A stretch of DNA of 64,000 nucleotides from an uncultured Acidobacteriota bacterium (GTDB lineage: Bacteria; Acidobacteriota; Thermoanaerobaculia; Gp7-AA8): the NCBI GenBank assembly GCA_963822445.1, contig CAWGHO010000002.1, positions 2,176,001 to 2,240,000 of the forward strand. The letters are read 5' to 3'. Numbering within the stretch: position 1 is the first letter of the stretch; each line of letters opens with the position of its first letter. The notes beneath the pieces are model-generated. The model was not told the origin of the DNA. It did no database searches and worked only from the letters and a program-made list of their open reading frames with translations. Below, piece after piece: positions 31,376-40,664 of the stretch. Position numbers and translations under genes: made by a program.

Positions 31376-32368
31376 TCACGCCTGCTCTGCTCGGATCAAA
31401 TCCTTGTAGGTCAGGCGCGCGGTCGGGAACATCGCCATAGCGCGAAGGAAGCGCTGGCTGTCGTCCGTCTTGCGGTTGTTGAACCGGAAGCACTGCTCGT
31501 CCACGTAGGCGGCGAGGTGGTACGGCTCAACGGAAACGTAGGTGCCGGACAACCCGCGCTGAAGCAGCGACCAGAAGTTCTCTACGCCGTTCGTGTGGAC
31601 GTTGCCGTTCACGTATTCGATTTCGTGATTCACGAACTCGTGAAAGAACCGCTCCGCGAAGCGCGGATAGGCATAGCCTTCGTCCGTCATGAGCGTAGAG
31701 CCTTCCTCTACGTGCTCTTCAAGGAACTCGGCACGCGGTTCAACCTGACCGTTAGCGAGGATCTGCGCGCGGACTTCACCGTTACGCTCAAGTACGGCCT
31801 GCACAAGAGTCTTACCGATTGCGCCGCGCATGTTGCGCGCGCCCTTCGCGTCGCTCTCGGCTCGCACCCTCGCCTTCCGCGAGTCGTGCATGTTCTTGAA
31901 CAGGCCGCCGATAAAACACTCGTCAGCTTCCACTATGCCGGACAGCTTTTTGTTAAAGGTCTTCGCTTTGATAGCGGCGCGAATCCTGTGCAGCATAAAC
32001 CACGCGGTTTTCTGGGTTACGCCAAGGCCGCGATGCAGCTCATAGGAGCTAATACCGTTCTTGCAGTTGGTAAGCAGCCAGAAGGCCACAAGCCACTTAG
32101 ACAGGCTAATCGGCGAGTCCTCGAAGATCGTGCCGACGCGAACGGAAAACTGCTTCTTGCAGCTCTTGCACTTCCACAGCTTGCGCGTAGAGATGAAGCT
32201 GTGCTCACTGCCATTGCAGAACGGGCAGAACACGCCGTCAGGCCAGCGGAGTTCAACAGCGAAAGCGTGAGCTACATCACTGTCCGCGAAATAGATCACC
32301 GTCTCTTGAAGAGTGCGCGGGACGTACGGTTCACCGTCTTTGCGCTCAATGACTTTCTTCTTAGGCAT
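31376..32368 (-). CDS. IS1595-family transposase
   Basis: CPFC/CKSC zinc finger; TQKTAWFM, EADE, TDE, NGVENFW and YVDE motifs. Confidence 0.95.
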   Translation of the reverse strand: MPKKKVIERKDGEPYVPRTLQETVIYFADSDVAHAFAVELRWPDGVFCPFCNGSEHSFISTRKLWKCKSCKKQFSVRVGTIFEDSPISLSKWLVAFWLLTNCKNGISSYELHRGLGVTQKTAWFMLHRIRAAIKAKTFNKKLSGIVEADECFIGGLFKNMHDSRKARVRAESDAKGARNMRGAIGKTLVQAVLERNGEVRAQILANGQVEPRAEFLEEHVEEGSTLMTDEGYAYPRFAERFFHEFVNHEIEYVNGNVHTNGVENFWSLLQRGLSGTYVSVEPYHLAAYVDEQCFRFNNRKTDDSQRFLRAMAMFPTARLTYKDLIRAEQA

Positions 32369-32432
32369 ACGGACAATATAGGTCCGTTTTTGGGTGAGTC
32401 AAGTATATTCTTGCCGTAGTTAGGCCGCGGCT

Positions 32433-33083
32433 TTACCTACGCCTGCTGGGAACGCCCGCTCGCGCCATTACACGGAGAATACGGCCGCGTGTGTAACGTT
32501 GGAGAAGCACCGGATATACATGCACGAGAACATTAGCGACACCGAGATAGGTCGCCCAGCCATGCCATTCAATCTGCCAAGCAAACAGCGATGTGACCGT
32601 GCCCACGAGCAACAGCACTACGTGGCTTTTCTCACTGAGCTTGGTGCGTTCTACGAAAGCGGCCGCGTAAGCTCGGTTAGCTATGATTCGGAAGCTAGGT
32701 TGGCGATAGCGACGCCAACGATTTGCCAGGTCGCCGTCAGGGACGAAGTGCCGGAATGCCCTGACACCAATTAGTTCGTAAAGACGCCCGCTCCGCTCGA
32801 ACCCCCGTATCCGAAAATACGCTGGAGGAAGCCACCACGGCGTCAGACAGGTAGCGAACACCAGTATGAACACGACGAGCGATGGGGCCACGTCTCCCGC
32901 AGGATAGTCGAACGGCCGGAGCGGCCCCCAGACATAGAGCCAAAACATCAGAACTGGGGCCAGCCAGCCGCCGGCCATCAGCGCGAACGGTATGACATTC
33001 ACCCCGTCCGTTTCATTCGAAAAGGTGGGTTGCGCAGTAGTGAGCTTCCACGCGACGTGATCCCTCTCGTCGGCTTCGTTCAA
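32433..33083 (-). CDS. CrtO-like acyltransferase-family membrane protein (inverted cassette; start uncertain)
   Basis: YELIGVRAF, TKLSEKSH and YPVLLQRYTRGRI motifs. Confidence 0.65.
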   Translation of the reverse strand: MNEADERDHVAWKLTTAQPTFSNETDGVNVIPFALMAGGWLAPVLMFWLYVWGPLRPFDYPAGDVAPSLVVFILVFATCLTPWWLPPAYFRIRGFERSGRLYELIGVRAFRHFVPDGDLANRWRRYRQPSFRIIANRAYAAAFVERTKLSEKSHVVLLLVGTVTSLFAWQIEWHGWATYLGVANVLVHVYPVLLQRYTRGRILRVMARAGVPSRRR

Positions 33084-33177
33084 GCTCTGCCGTCCATCTC
33101 GATATCTCGCTTCACGGAATGGAAGTGTAGCGGAGACGGCGCGGGGAGGTTGCTTTAGCTGCCCGCTGTTTTCGTCG

Positions 33178-33376
33178 GCCTAACTACTGCCAGGAGCTGT
33201 CGGCGGGCTGGCTCCGTGGCCCGTCGGCCGAGCCGACTCGGCCGACTCCAAGTTGCGCGGCGTCACGGCCGTGGCAGATCGCTCCTGCCTACAAAGGCGT
33301 TGGTCGCGGCAACGGCCGCGCCGCTCTGCTGGTTGCGCCGGTGAACCCGCCGCAGCTCAGGCGATAGACGTTAGGC
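33178..33376 (+). repeat. attC site 28
   Basis: GCCTAAC...GTTAGGC. Confidence 0.9.
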
Positions 33377-33623
33377 CGACGAATGACGATTGGCGTGACG
33401 GCGCGCTTTCCATGAGGCTCCGCGTACCGGGATGCTCGCCGCAAGCCAGATAAACTACCGCGTCAGTTGGAGCGTGTTAGGCCGGCAGACAACACGCGCA
33501 ATGGAATGCCGACTTCGCCCATGCGTCGTCGTACGTAAGCTTGGTCTGAGCACCCTGAACGGTGCAGGGTGCCAGACACGAGTGGTATAACAGGGACACG
33601 ACCGACGACAAAGGAGTTCTGAC

Positions 33624-33824
33624 ATGAGCACACGAGCAATGATGGTTTTTCGCGGTTGGCTAATGCTGTCACCACAAGAGCGAGCTGAGGTGCTCCAACG
33701 TATTCATGCCTATATGAATGCCTCCCAGCAGCAGCAGGCACAAATCGAACAGAGCCTCGGATTGCCGCCATCGCATTCACGCAATCCGGATGCATGTCCA
33801 TGTTGCGGGAGGCTCGGTATTTAG
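33624..33824 (+). CDS. Small protein with C-terminal CPCCG motif
   Basis: AAGGAG RBS; homologous to 34031-34237. Confidence 0.75.
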   Translation: MSTRAMMVFRGWLMLSPQERAEVLQRIHAYMNASQQQQAQIEQSLGLPPSHSRNPDACPCCGRLGI

Positions 33825-34030
33825 TCGATATGCGCAGATCGCGTCACCCGTCCTCTGCGCGTTTGGACAAAGTGTTGAGCCGGCACGGCGCTTGCCATCC
33901 GCATCGTCAACACTAGCTCGATGCGGTTCTGCCGCGCCGACTCATGCTGGGATGTTCTCGAAGTGTAATGTTTGAGTGGCAGGGTTATGACTGTGACCCC
34001 CGCATCCACCCTTGAATGAGAGGAGGATTT

Positions 34031-34237
34031 GTGAATGGACGCACCGCACTCGTGACAATTGGTTATGTACGTCTGTCACGCGATGAGCAGCAGACCGTCT
34101 TAGAGGTTGCGGCTGAGTTTGCTGCGGTTGCGCCACACCAGCGCGAGCCCTTTATGGCATCGCTTCAAGTTACGCTGTCAAACGACACCTCAGGAACCGA
34201 TCGGTATTGCCCGTGCTGCGGCCATTTGCGTGGGTAA
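34031..34237 (+). CDS. Small protein with C-terminal CPCCG motif (paralogue)
   Basis: AGGAGG RBS then GTG 34031. Confidence 0.75.
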   Translation: MNGRTALVTIGYVRLSRDEQQTVLEVAAEFAAVAPHQREPFMASLQVTLSNDTSGTDRYCPCCGHLRG

Positions 34238-34417
34238 GTTTCGTTATGTTCCCTATACCGTGGCGAGCGCCGGCCTTCTAAGTGACTGCTCGTATTTGTT
34301 GAAACAAGGATCGCATTTTCACCCAGCACCGGACAAAAAGCGTGGGAAATGGACAAAAATAGTCAAAATTAACCGTCAGTTAGTTGCTTCGTTGTAGCTC
34401 GGCGGAGCCGGGTGGCG

Positions 34418-34614
34418 GCCTAACTCCTGCCAGCAGCGGATGGCGGGCCGTTCGCCGCTCTCGGGCCTGAAGGCCCTTTTCTCTGCCGAGACGCACGGCG
34501 TCACACCGCTTGCAGATCGCGCCCGCCGGCTTGACTCTGGTTGCGGCAAGCGGCGCGCCGCTGCCGCCGCATGCACGCGGGGCCTCGCCACCGCTGAGGC
34601 GATCAACGTTAGGC
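34418..34614 (+). repeat. attC site 29
   Basis: GCCTAAC...GTTAGGC. Confidence 0.9.
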
Positions 34615-35000
34615 CGACGTTTCCACAGTTTCCGTGACGGCACGCTTTCCATGAGACTTCGCGTACCTGCTCGCTCAGGGCAAACGGTCATCGCCGTCGC
34701 TGGAGCGCGTAAGTCCGACCGCGCGCAACCTAAACTCGGCGACTTTCTACTCGTTGGCCATCAGCGGAAAATCCTTATCACGCCCGACATGGGCTCAGAA
34801 GTTAGCCAAAGCGCTCGCAGCATTCCAGAAGAAGCTATTCTGAATTTTCCGCCCATTCGCGTTGTCGCTTGGCGAACGCTATACTTCTCTCCAAGGACAG
34901 TACCGGTGAGCGACGATCGCGAACACGGCACGCGTATTCCCTCAAGCAGGCGATTGCTCGCACTCCTCGTCGGCACACGACCTATGGGGGTATAGACGAA

Positions 35001-35519
35001 ATGGCTGGTCAGGTCCGCAATCTCACCTCAGTCGTCGACGTTCTCAAACGTCACTGTGCACGAATACTGGAACCTGATGACGACACACTAACCTCCATGC
35101 AGAAAGAGGCTCGTCGTGTCGCACTAACCAAAGACATGAAGAAAATTGGCCTGTCGTTTAGCATCGACCACGACATCGATGCGATTACATTCATCTGGTC
35201 ACGGGCACTGAGCGTAATGGACACTGGAACAATTAACGACGTCCTCCCTGTGGGCGACTACCCCATTCACCTCTCCCTGAGCGAGCAAGTGACGGTGCGT
35301 TTCGAACCTAGAAGTCTCGGCGATTGGTCCGAACGGCATAGAGTTGGCAACCGCAAGTTCGCCGATCTCAAGAAGGGGGATTTGTACGAGTTTCACGGTG
35401 TGACCCGATACGGTCGCTGCTACGTCAAGCAAGGACTCGAAGGCAGTTTTGTTTTTGACGTCGAGGCGCGTGGTCTCGCCGCATTCTTCGGAGGTCTCCT
35501 AGCAGCTCCTGGCCAATAA
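35001..35519 (+). CDS. Hypothetical protein (start uncertain, up to 34869)
   Basis: Main ORF of the cassette. Confidence 0.55.
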   Translation: MAGQVRNLTSVVDVLKRHCARILEPDDDTLTSMQKEARRVALTKDMKKIGLSFSIDHDIDAITFIWSRALSVMDTGTINDVLPVGDYPIHLSLSEQVTVRFEPRSLGDWSERHRVGNRKFADLKKGDLYEFHGVTRYGRCYVKQGLEGSFVFDVEARGLAAFFGGLLAAPGQ

Positions 35520-35643
35520 CTGGTTGCATTGAAAGCGTACCGTCGTGACGTCAGGTCGAGAGCTATCTTTCACGCGCAAGGTTCGTCCCGTCTGTACCGA
35601 CAAGACTGGTTCCTGGCCATCAACCAACCTGTTCCGGTCGGCG

Positions 35644-35839
35644 GCCTAACTACTGCCAGAAGCTGGCACGGCCCGGCTTCGGTCCGGCGGCCGAGCCGCC
35701 TACATCATCGCCAGTCGGACGGCGTCACGGCGGTTGCAGATCGGCAGGCGTTGCATGCAACTTCTCGCCGGCAACCACCGCGCCGCTCTGGCTTCGGCAC
35801 GTGGGCCCTGGCCGTGCAGCTTAGGCGATAGACGTTAGG
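35644..35839 (+). repeat. attC site 30 (IS481 at R')
   Basis: GCCTAAC...GTTAGG followed by the IS. Confidence 0.9.
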
Positions 35840-36873
35840 TGTGATGTGTCAGGACGTTGTTCCTTGAAGCGGGTTGTCCATCCGGGCGACTTTCGTCAAT
35901 CTGAAAGCTCTCAAACGAACAGGTTGACAGGAAGGAACCCAGATGGACGTGCACAAGAATGCGCGAAGCTGCCCGTTGAGTCGAGCACTGCTGGTCAAAC
36001 GAGTCTGCGAACAAGGATGGTCGGTGCGCGAGGCGTCGGAGGCCGCCGGTATGAGTGACCGGCGAGGGCGGGAGTGGATCCGTCGTGGTCTGAGGGTCGA
36101 GCCGCTTAACGATCGGAGCTCCAGACCGCACAGGGGCCGGGCCACGAGCGACATAAAACGACAGCGTGTTCTGAGTCTTCGCCGCGAATGGCGGACTGTG
36201 CGACAGATCGCGCAGGCAGTGGGCGTGAGTGCGTCGACAGCAGCGCGGATCTGCCGGTCAGCAGGGCTGGCTCGGTTGCGTCAGCTTGAGCCGGCAACAG
36301 TGCCAATTCGGTACGAGAAGGAGCGTCCGGGGGAACTGGTGCACATCGACATCAAGCGCCTGGGACGGTTCAATCGAGTGGGACACCGCATCACCAGGCG
36401 TCGATCGTTTGGCTCAAAGAAGCAGGGCTTCGAGTTCGTGTACGTCGCGACGGATGACTTCACCCGACTCTCCTACGTCGACGTCCTGGCAGATGAGCGT
36501 AGCGAGACTGCCAGCTCGTTTTTGACTCGGGCGGTGGCGTGGTTCGCTCAGCGGAATGTCATCGTCGAGCGGGTGATGACCGACAACGGATCGGCCTTCA
36601 TCTCACGCGACTTCCGGGATACCTGCAGCCGCCTGAACCTCACTCACGTCCGCATCCGGCCGTACACACCACGGACGAACGGTAAAGCGGAGCGGTTCAT
36701 CCAGACGCTGCTGCGCGAATGGGCCTATCGGTTCTCGTACCACAGCTCCGAGGAACGGCGCCGTTGGCTCGCACCGTACCTTCACTTCTACAACTACCAC
36801 CGAGCGCATACCGCGCTCTCTTACAATCCACCCATCAGTCGCCTGGATCGGAACAACGTCCTGAGACGCAACA
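35840..36873 (+). mobile_element. IS481-family element copy 2, inserted in attC R'
   Basis: 1034 bp; GTTAGG on both sides. Confidence 0.95.
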
Positions 36874-36878
36874 GTTAG
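35943..36878 (+). CDS. IS481-family DDE transposase
   Basis: Same protein as 27354-28289; TAG stop supplied by the target GTTAG. Confidence 0.95.
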   Translation: MDVHKNARSCPLSRALLVKRVCEQGWSVREASEAAGMSDRRGREWIRRGLRVEPLNDRSSRPHRGRATSDIKRQRVLSLRREWRTVRQIAQAVGVSASTAARICRSAGLARLRQLEPATVPIRYEKERPGELVHIDIKRLGRFNRVGHRITRRRSFGSKKQGFEFVYVATDDFTRLSYVDVLADERSETASSFLTRAVAWFAQRNVIVERVMTDNGSAFISRDFRDTCSRLNLTHVRIRPYTPRTNGKAERFIQTLLREWAYRFSYHSSEERRRWLAPYLHFYNYHRAHTALSYNPPISRLDRNNVLRRNS

Positions 36879-37048
36879 GCGGCCGGAAAGCCAATCACGC
36901 GGCGGCGCCGGCACGGGAACCAAAGCGACAGATCCTGGCTTCGTTTTCGAGGTCCGCGGGCTGATATGACTCGCACGTGGTTCTCCATCGGCCGACCCAT
37001 TCCACGATCATCGGGTCCATGCGCCAATATCAAATGTAGACTATCCAA

Positions 37049-37762
37049 ATGAGCGCGAATGACTCATTGGAGGATCGCATCAACGATATCGCTGTCTCTG
37101 TGACGAAGGGTGCGGTTGGTGCGATCCCGTTTGTGGGCGGTCTGATGGCTGAAATCATTGGCCAGGTAGTCCCTAACCAGCGACTTGACCGGATCGCTGA
37201 TTTTGCGCGCGCTCTTGCCGCCCGACTCCAGCACATCGAACAGAACGTCTTAGCGCAAGCACTCAACACGCCTGAGGGATTGGATACTCTGGAAGATGGC
37301 TTCGTCGCAGCATCCCGGACGCTAACAGCAGAACGCCGTGCACGGCTTGCAGGGGCGGTCGCGAAGACGTTGACAAGTGCTGATGTCGATCATGTTTACA
37401 AGAAACGACTACTGCAGCTTTCGAGCGGGCTAAGCGACGCGGAGCTGATCATGCTTCAGGCGGTAGAAATGTACGGTCGCAACGCAATTGACGTCGAGTT
37501 TGCGGCCCGCCATGAGCTGATACTTCGCGGCCCAGCCTATCGCGTTGATACCCGGAAAGAAGATCAAGCAGAGTACATACGGCACGAGAGTCTCGTGCAG
37601 AACCTGCTCTCCCACAAGCTCGTTTCGCCGTTCGCCAACGCAAATATGGTAGTCGGTATGTCCGTGCCGCCGCTATTCGCGGATGGAACGTGGCAAGCGA
37701 ACTATGAGATTACTCCCTTGGGTCGGGACGTGCTCGCTGTGATAACTGATGCGCCGCTGTAG
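37049..37762 (+). CDS. Hypothetical protein, possibly Abi-alpha-like
   Basis: GAIPFVGGLMAEII N-terminus; C-terminal ITPLGR winged-helix-like motif. Confidence 0.65.
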   Translation: MSANDSLEDRINDIAVSVTKGAVGAIPFVGGLMAEIIGQVVPNQRLDRIADFARALAARLQHIEQNVLAQALNTPEGLDTLEDGFVAASRTLTAERRARLAGAVAKTLTSADVDHVYKKRLLQLSSGLSDAELIMLQAVEMYGRNAIDVEFAARHELILRGPAYRVDTRKEDQAEYIRHESLVQNLLSHKLVSPFANANMVVGMSVPPLFADGTWQANYEITPLGRDVLAVITDAPL

Positions 37763-37770
37763 CCGCCGCC

Positions 37771-37971
37771 GCCTAACTACTGCCAGGAGCTGTCGGCGGG
37801 CCGTTTGCCGCGCCCGGCGCTGAAGCGCCTCGTTCGGCGTCGAATGGCCGGCGGCACGCCGGCCGACATGCTCTCGCGCCGCTGGTCGCGGCGCGACTTG
37901 CTGCAGCCGTCGCGCCGCGCGAACCGCTCGCACGCGGGGCCTCGCCGCAGCTCAGGCGATAGACGTTAGGC
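37771..37971 (+). repeat. attC site 31
   Basis: GCCTAAC...GTTAGGC. Confidence 0.9.
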
Positions 37972-38022
37972 GGACGAACCGGTGGACTCCCGTCACCAAT
38001 GAGACGACGCTATACTCGATCC

Positions 38023-38766
38023 ATGAGACTCCTGCTCGGTCTTCTCGCCACCGTGATGCTTTCGGCATGTACTTCGACACCCGTGAACGGCTCAGCGCAG
38101 AGCGTCGCCACGCGCCGTGTGGCGATTGAGGACGCGATCTTCACGTACGTTCCGAGGTCCACCAATGATGCCTCCACTCTCCCGACCGGTGTAATCTACG
38201 CCGGTCTGGATGTGGACGGGTCGCAGCTATTCCTGTGTCGCGCAGCATGGGCTAATGGCGTTCATCCCGGAAAAACGTGGGACCGACCGCACGCGACGTG
38301 TAACATCGGGTATGGCGGGGGTGAAGTGGCGGTTCCGACGTTTGAAGTGCCAATCGTCCGCCGGAAATTCGCCGCCAACGAAGTATTCTGGGACTGCGTC
38401 GGGGAAGGAACCCCGGGCAGCCCTCATGTGTTTAATTGGTCTCGGTATGTCGTCGGGGGTCACGAAAACAACGGCACGCTGGGCTATTGCTTAGCCAGTT
38501 ACAGTGACAATGATGGCGGACTATGCCCGGAGGACGCGAAGTCTCGACTTGTGCCTGGCAAGTTGCTGCCTGGACCGGTCGGCTCTGACGCACCGCGTTG
38601 CTACTTTGGACTTTTTGGTCAGGAGCAGCAAAGAACAGTGTTCACGTATATGCTTTATAGCTGTTGTTTCGCTAGCCAAAACGCAGCTACATGCCAAGGA
38701 GACCGGCCCAATCGACCGTGTTCGGCTGAAGATGTGTCCGGTTATGCGCTAGCGTCAAAACCGTAG
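38023..38766 (+). CDS. DM9-repeat (DUF3421) lipoprotein
   Basis: Lipobox LSAC; two G.D..G..L..CRA...PGK...C.I.YGG.E-type repeats. Confidence 0.75.
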   Translation: MRLLLGLLATVMLSACTSTPVNGSAQSVATRRVAIEDAIFTYVPRSTNDASTLPTGVIYAGLDVDGSQLFLCRAAWANGVHPGKTWDRPHATCNIGYGGGEVAVPTFEVPIVRRKFAANEVFWDCVGEGTPGSPHVFNWSRYVVGGHENNGTLGYCLASYSDNDGGLCPEDAKSRLVPGKLLPGPVGSDAPRCYFGLFGQEQQRTVFTYMLYSCCFASQNAATCQGDRPNRPCSAEDVSGYALASKP

Positions 38767-38791
38767 GTGATCAAGCCCGCGAGCATCCGCC

Positions 38792-38990
38792 GCCTAACTA
38801 CTGCCAGGAGCTGTCGGCGGGCTTGCTCCGTGGCCCGTCGGCCGAGCCGACTCGGCCGACTCAAACCTGCGCGGCGTCACGTCCGTTGCAGTTCGCTCCT
38901 GCCGTCAAAGGCGTTGGTCGCGGCAACGGCCGCGCCGCTCTGCTGGTTGCGCCGTTGAACCCGCCGCAGCTCAGGCGATAGACGTTGGGC
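38792..38990 (+). repeat. attC site 32
   Basis: GCCTAAC...GTTGGGC. Confidence 0.9.
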
Positions 38991-39275
38991 GGACCCGGCG
39001 CGAAACGTAGGCCGGACTTCTATTTACGCGTTGGCAGTCGCGCCGACAGAAGCGGCGTAGCCGCGCGCCAAGGCGTCCGCCGCCATTTTCGTCGTGGTAC
39101 CCGCCCGCCCACCGGCTGCTCGCACCAGCAGCGCGCGCGGGGCACGATCTGCGTAGGCCAGTGACCACAAAACTCGAGACGCACTGACGTAGCGGGCCTT
39201 CGGCCACGCGCGCTTCGCGTCGTGCACCATTTGCCGCGCGCGCTGCTCCCAGCGCGCAAAGCTGTGCGTGTGGCC
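38985..39275. repeat. ORF-less cassette family A, copy 7 (variant centre)
   Basis: Homologous to copy 4. Confidence 0.85.
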
Positions 39276-39464
39276 GCCCAACAACTCACAGCAGCTGTCG
39301 CGGCCCGGCTTCGGCCCGGCGCTGAAGCGCCTGGGCCGAACAGTACCGTCGCGGCGGCACGCCGGCCGCAATTCGGTTCATTCGTTAATCGCCGGCAGCC
39401 GGCGCGCCGCGCTGCCGTAGCCACGCAGGCCCTGGCCGCGCAGCTGAGTGAGATGACGTTAGCC
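39276..39464 (+). repeat. attC site 33 (family-A subtype)
   Basis: GCCCAAC...GTTAGCC. Confidence 0.9.
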
Positions 39465-39569
39465 GGACCGAGATAGGGTGGGGGAACTCAGGAGAACTCC
39501 GGGCGGGAGGGAAAAGTGCGCACGCGGCCCTCCTACTCATGGGCAGATGAGCTGCCAAGGAGAGAATAT

Positions 39570-40406
39570 ATGCGCCAGGTGTATGCCGCGATCTTCATCA
39601 TTCTCATGACCGGTAGCGTGGTAGCTGCCGAGAAATCCTCGACCGAAAAACCGTCGACAATTTTCGTGCGCGAGTGCAAGGCACTCACGAAAACCTTGCC
39701 GGATCTTGCGCTGCCGTGCACGGATTTCGTGAAGGGCAAGTCGGACGAAACTATACGCGCCTATTTGGCAATGATTCAGAGCGCGCAACAGCAGTTGGTA
39801 GCGCAAGGCCCGGAACTCGCTCAGTCCATCATGAAGGGCTGTATGGCGAATACGGTGGCTGAGAAGCCCGACTTAGGCGGTCTGCTCTTTTGCCTGCGAA
39901 TTCGTCGGAACGGAACCGATCTTGAGAAGCTCTCCAAGGGAGAGGGTTCGTGGGGCGAGTATGCAAAACTGGCCAACGACGCATCGAAACCAGTGCCGTC
40001 GTATCCTGTAGAGGACACAGCGCAATCGGAGAAGCAGCGCGCCGCGGTTCGTCAGGCTGTCGTATATGCGTGTGTAAAAGAGGGAGATGGGTATGTCCGC
40101 GCACTCTGCGGGGCTGTAGCCGCTCATGAGGCATTTGCATCGCGGCCATTCGGAGACAATGGGGAATTGGCCAAAGCTTTCGACACCGTCTTGAAAGTTT
40201 ATGCGATCACCGAGGCGCCGAAGCAAGCGATTCAGGCGGAGGTCAAAGAGATACTTCAGCGCGCAGGCTTCAACGATCAGGTCGCCCAGGCGGTGGCGAA
40301 TCCACAGAAGGGAGTCGAGGAAGGCGCCAAGCATGTCGCGGGTGAGGCACAAAAGGCCGGCGAGGCGGTTGCGAAGGCAATCCAATGCATTTTCGGGTGT
40401 GGATAG
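39570..40406 (+). CDS. Secreted helical Cys-containing hypothetical protein
   Basis: AAGGAG RBS; signal peptide; paired cysteines. Confidence 0.8.
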   Translation: MRQVYAAIFIILMTGSVVAAEKSSTEKPSTIFVRECKALTKTLPDLALPCTDFVKGKSDETIRAYLAMIQSAQQQLVAQGPELAQSIMKGCMANTVAEKPDLGGLLFCLRIRRNGTDLEKLSKGEGSWGEYAKLANDASKPVPSYPVEDTAQSEKQRAAVRQAVVYACVKEGDGYVRALCGAVAAHEAFASRPFGDNGELAKAFDTVLKVYAITEAPKQAIQAEVKEILQRAGFNDQVAQAVANPQKGVEEGAKHVAGEAQKAGEAVAKAIQCIFGCG

Positions 40407-40426
40407 GTGTGCTGAAGCACGGGGCC

Positions 40427-40623
40427 GGCTAACTACTGCCAGAAGCTGGCACGGCCCGGCTTCGGTCCGGCGGCCGAGCCGCCTGCATCATCGCCAGCGG
40501 CACGGCGTCACGGCGGTTGCAAATCGGCAGGCGTTGCATGCAACTTCTCGCCGGCAACCGCCGCGCCGCACGGGCTTCGGCACGTGGGCCCTGGCCGTGC
40601 AGCTTAGGCGATAGACGTTAGCC
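40427..40623 (+). repeat. attC site 34
   Basis: GGCTAAC...GTTAGCC. Confidence 0.9.
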
Positions 40624-40664
40624 GGACGACGGGGAGACAGATAGGAACGTTATACTGATGACGC

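Larger units (their letters stand above)
29646..32415 (-). mobile_element. IS1595-family element with passenger genes
   Basis: 23-bp IRs GGCATCAATATACTTGCCTCACC / GGCAAGAATATACTTGACTCACC; 8-bp TSD GTAGTTAG. Confidence 0.92.

Noticed and set aside
30638-32419. 593-aa plus-strand ORF
   Set aside because: Antisense shadow of the IS1595 transposase and passenger genes.
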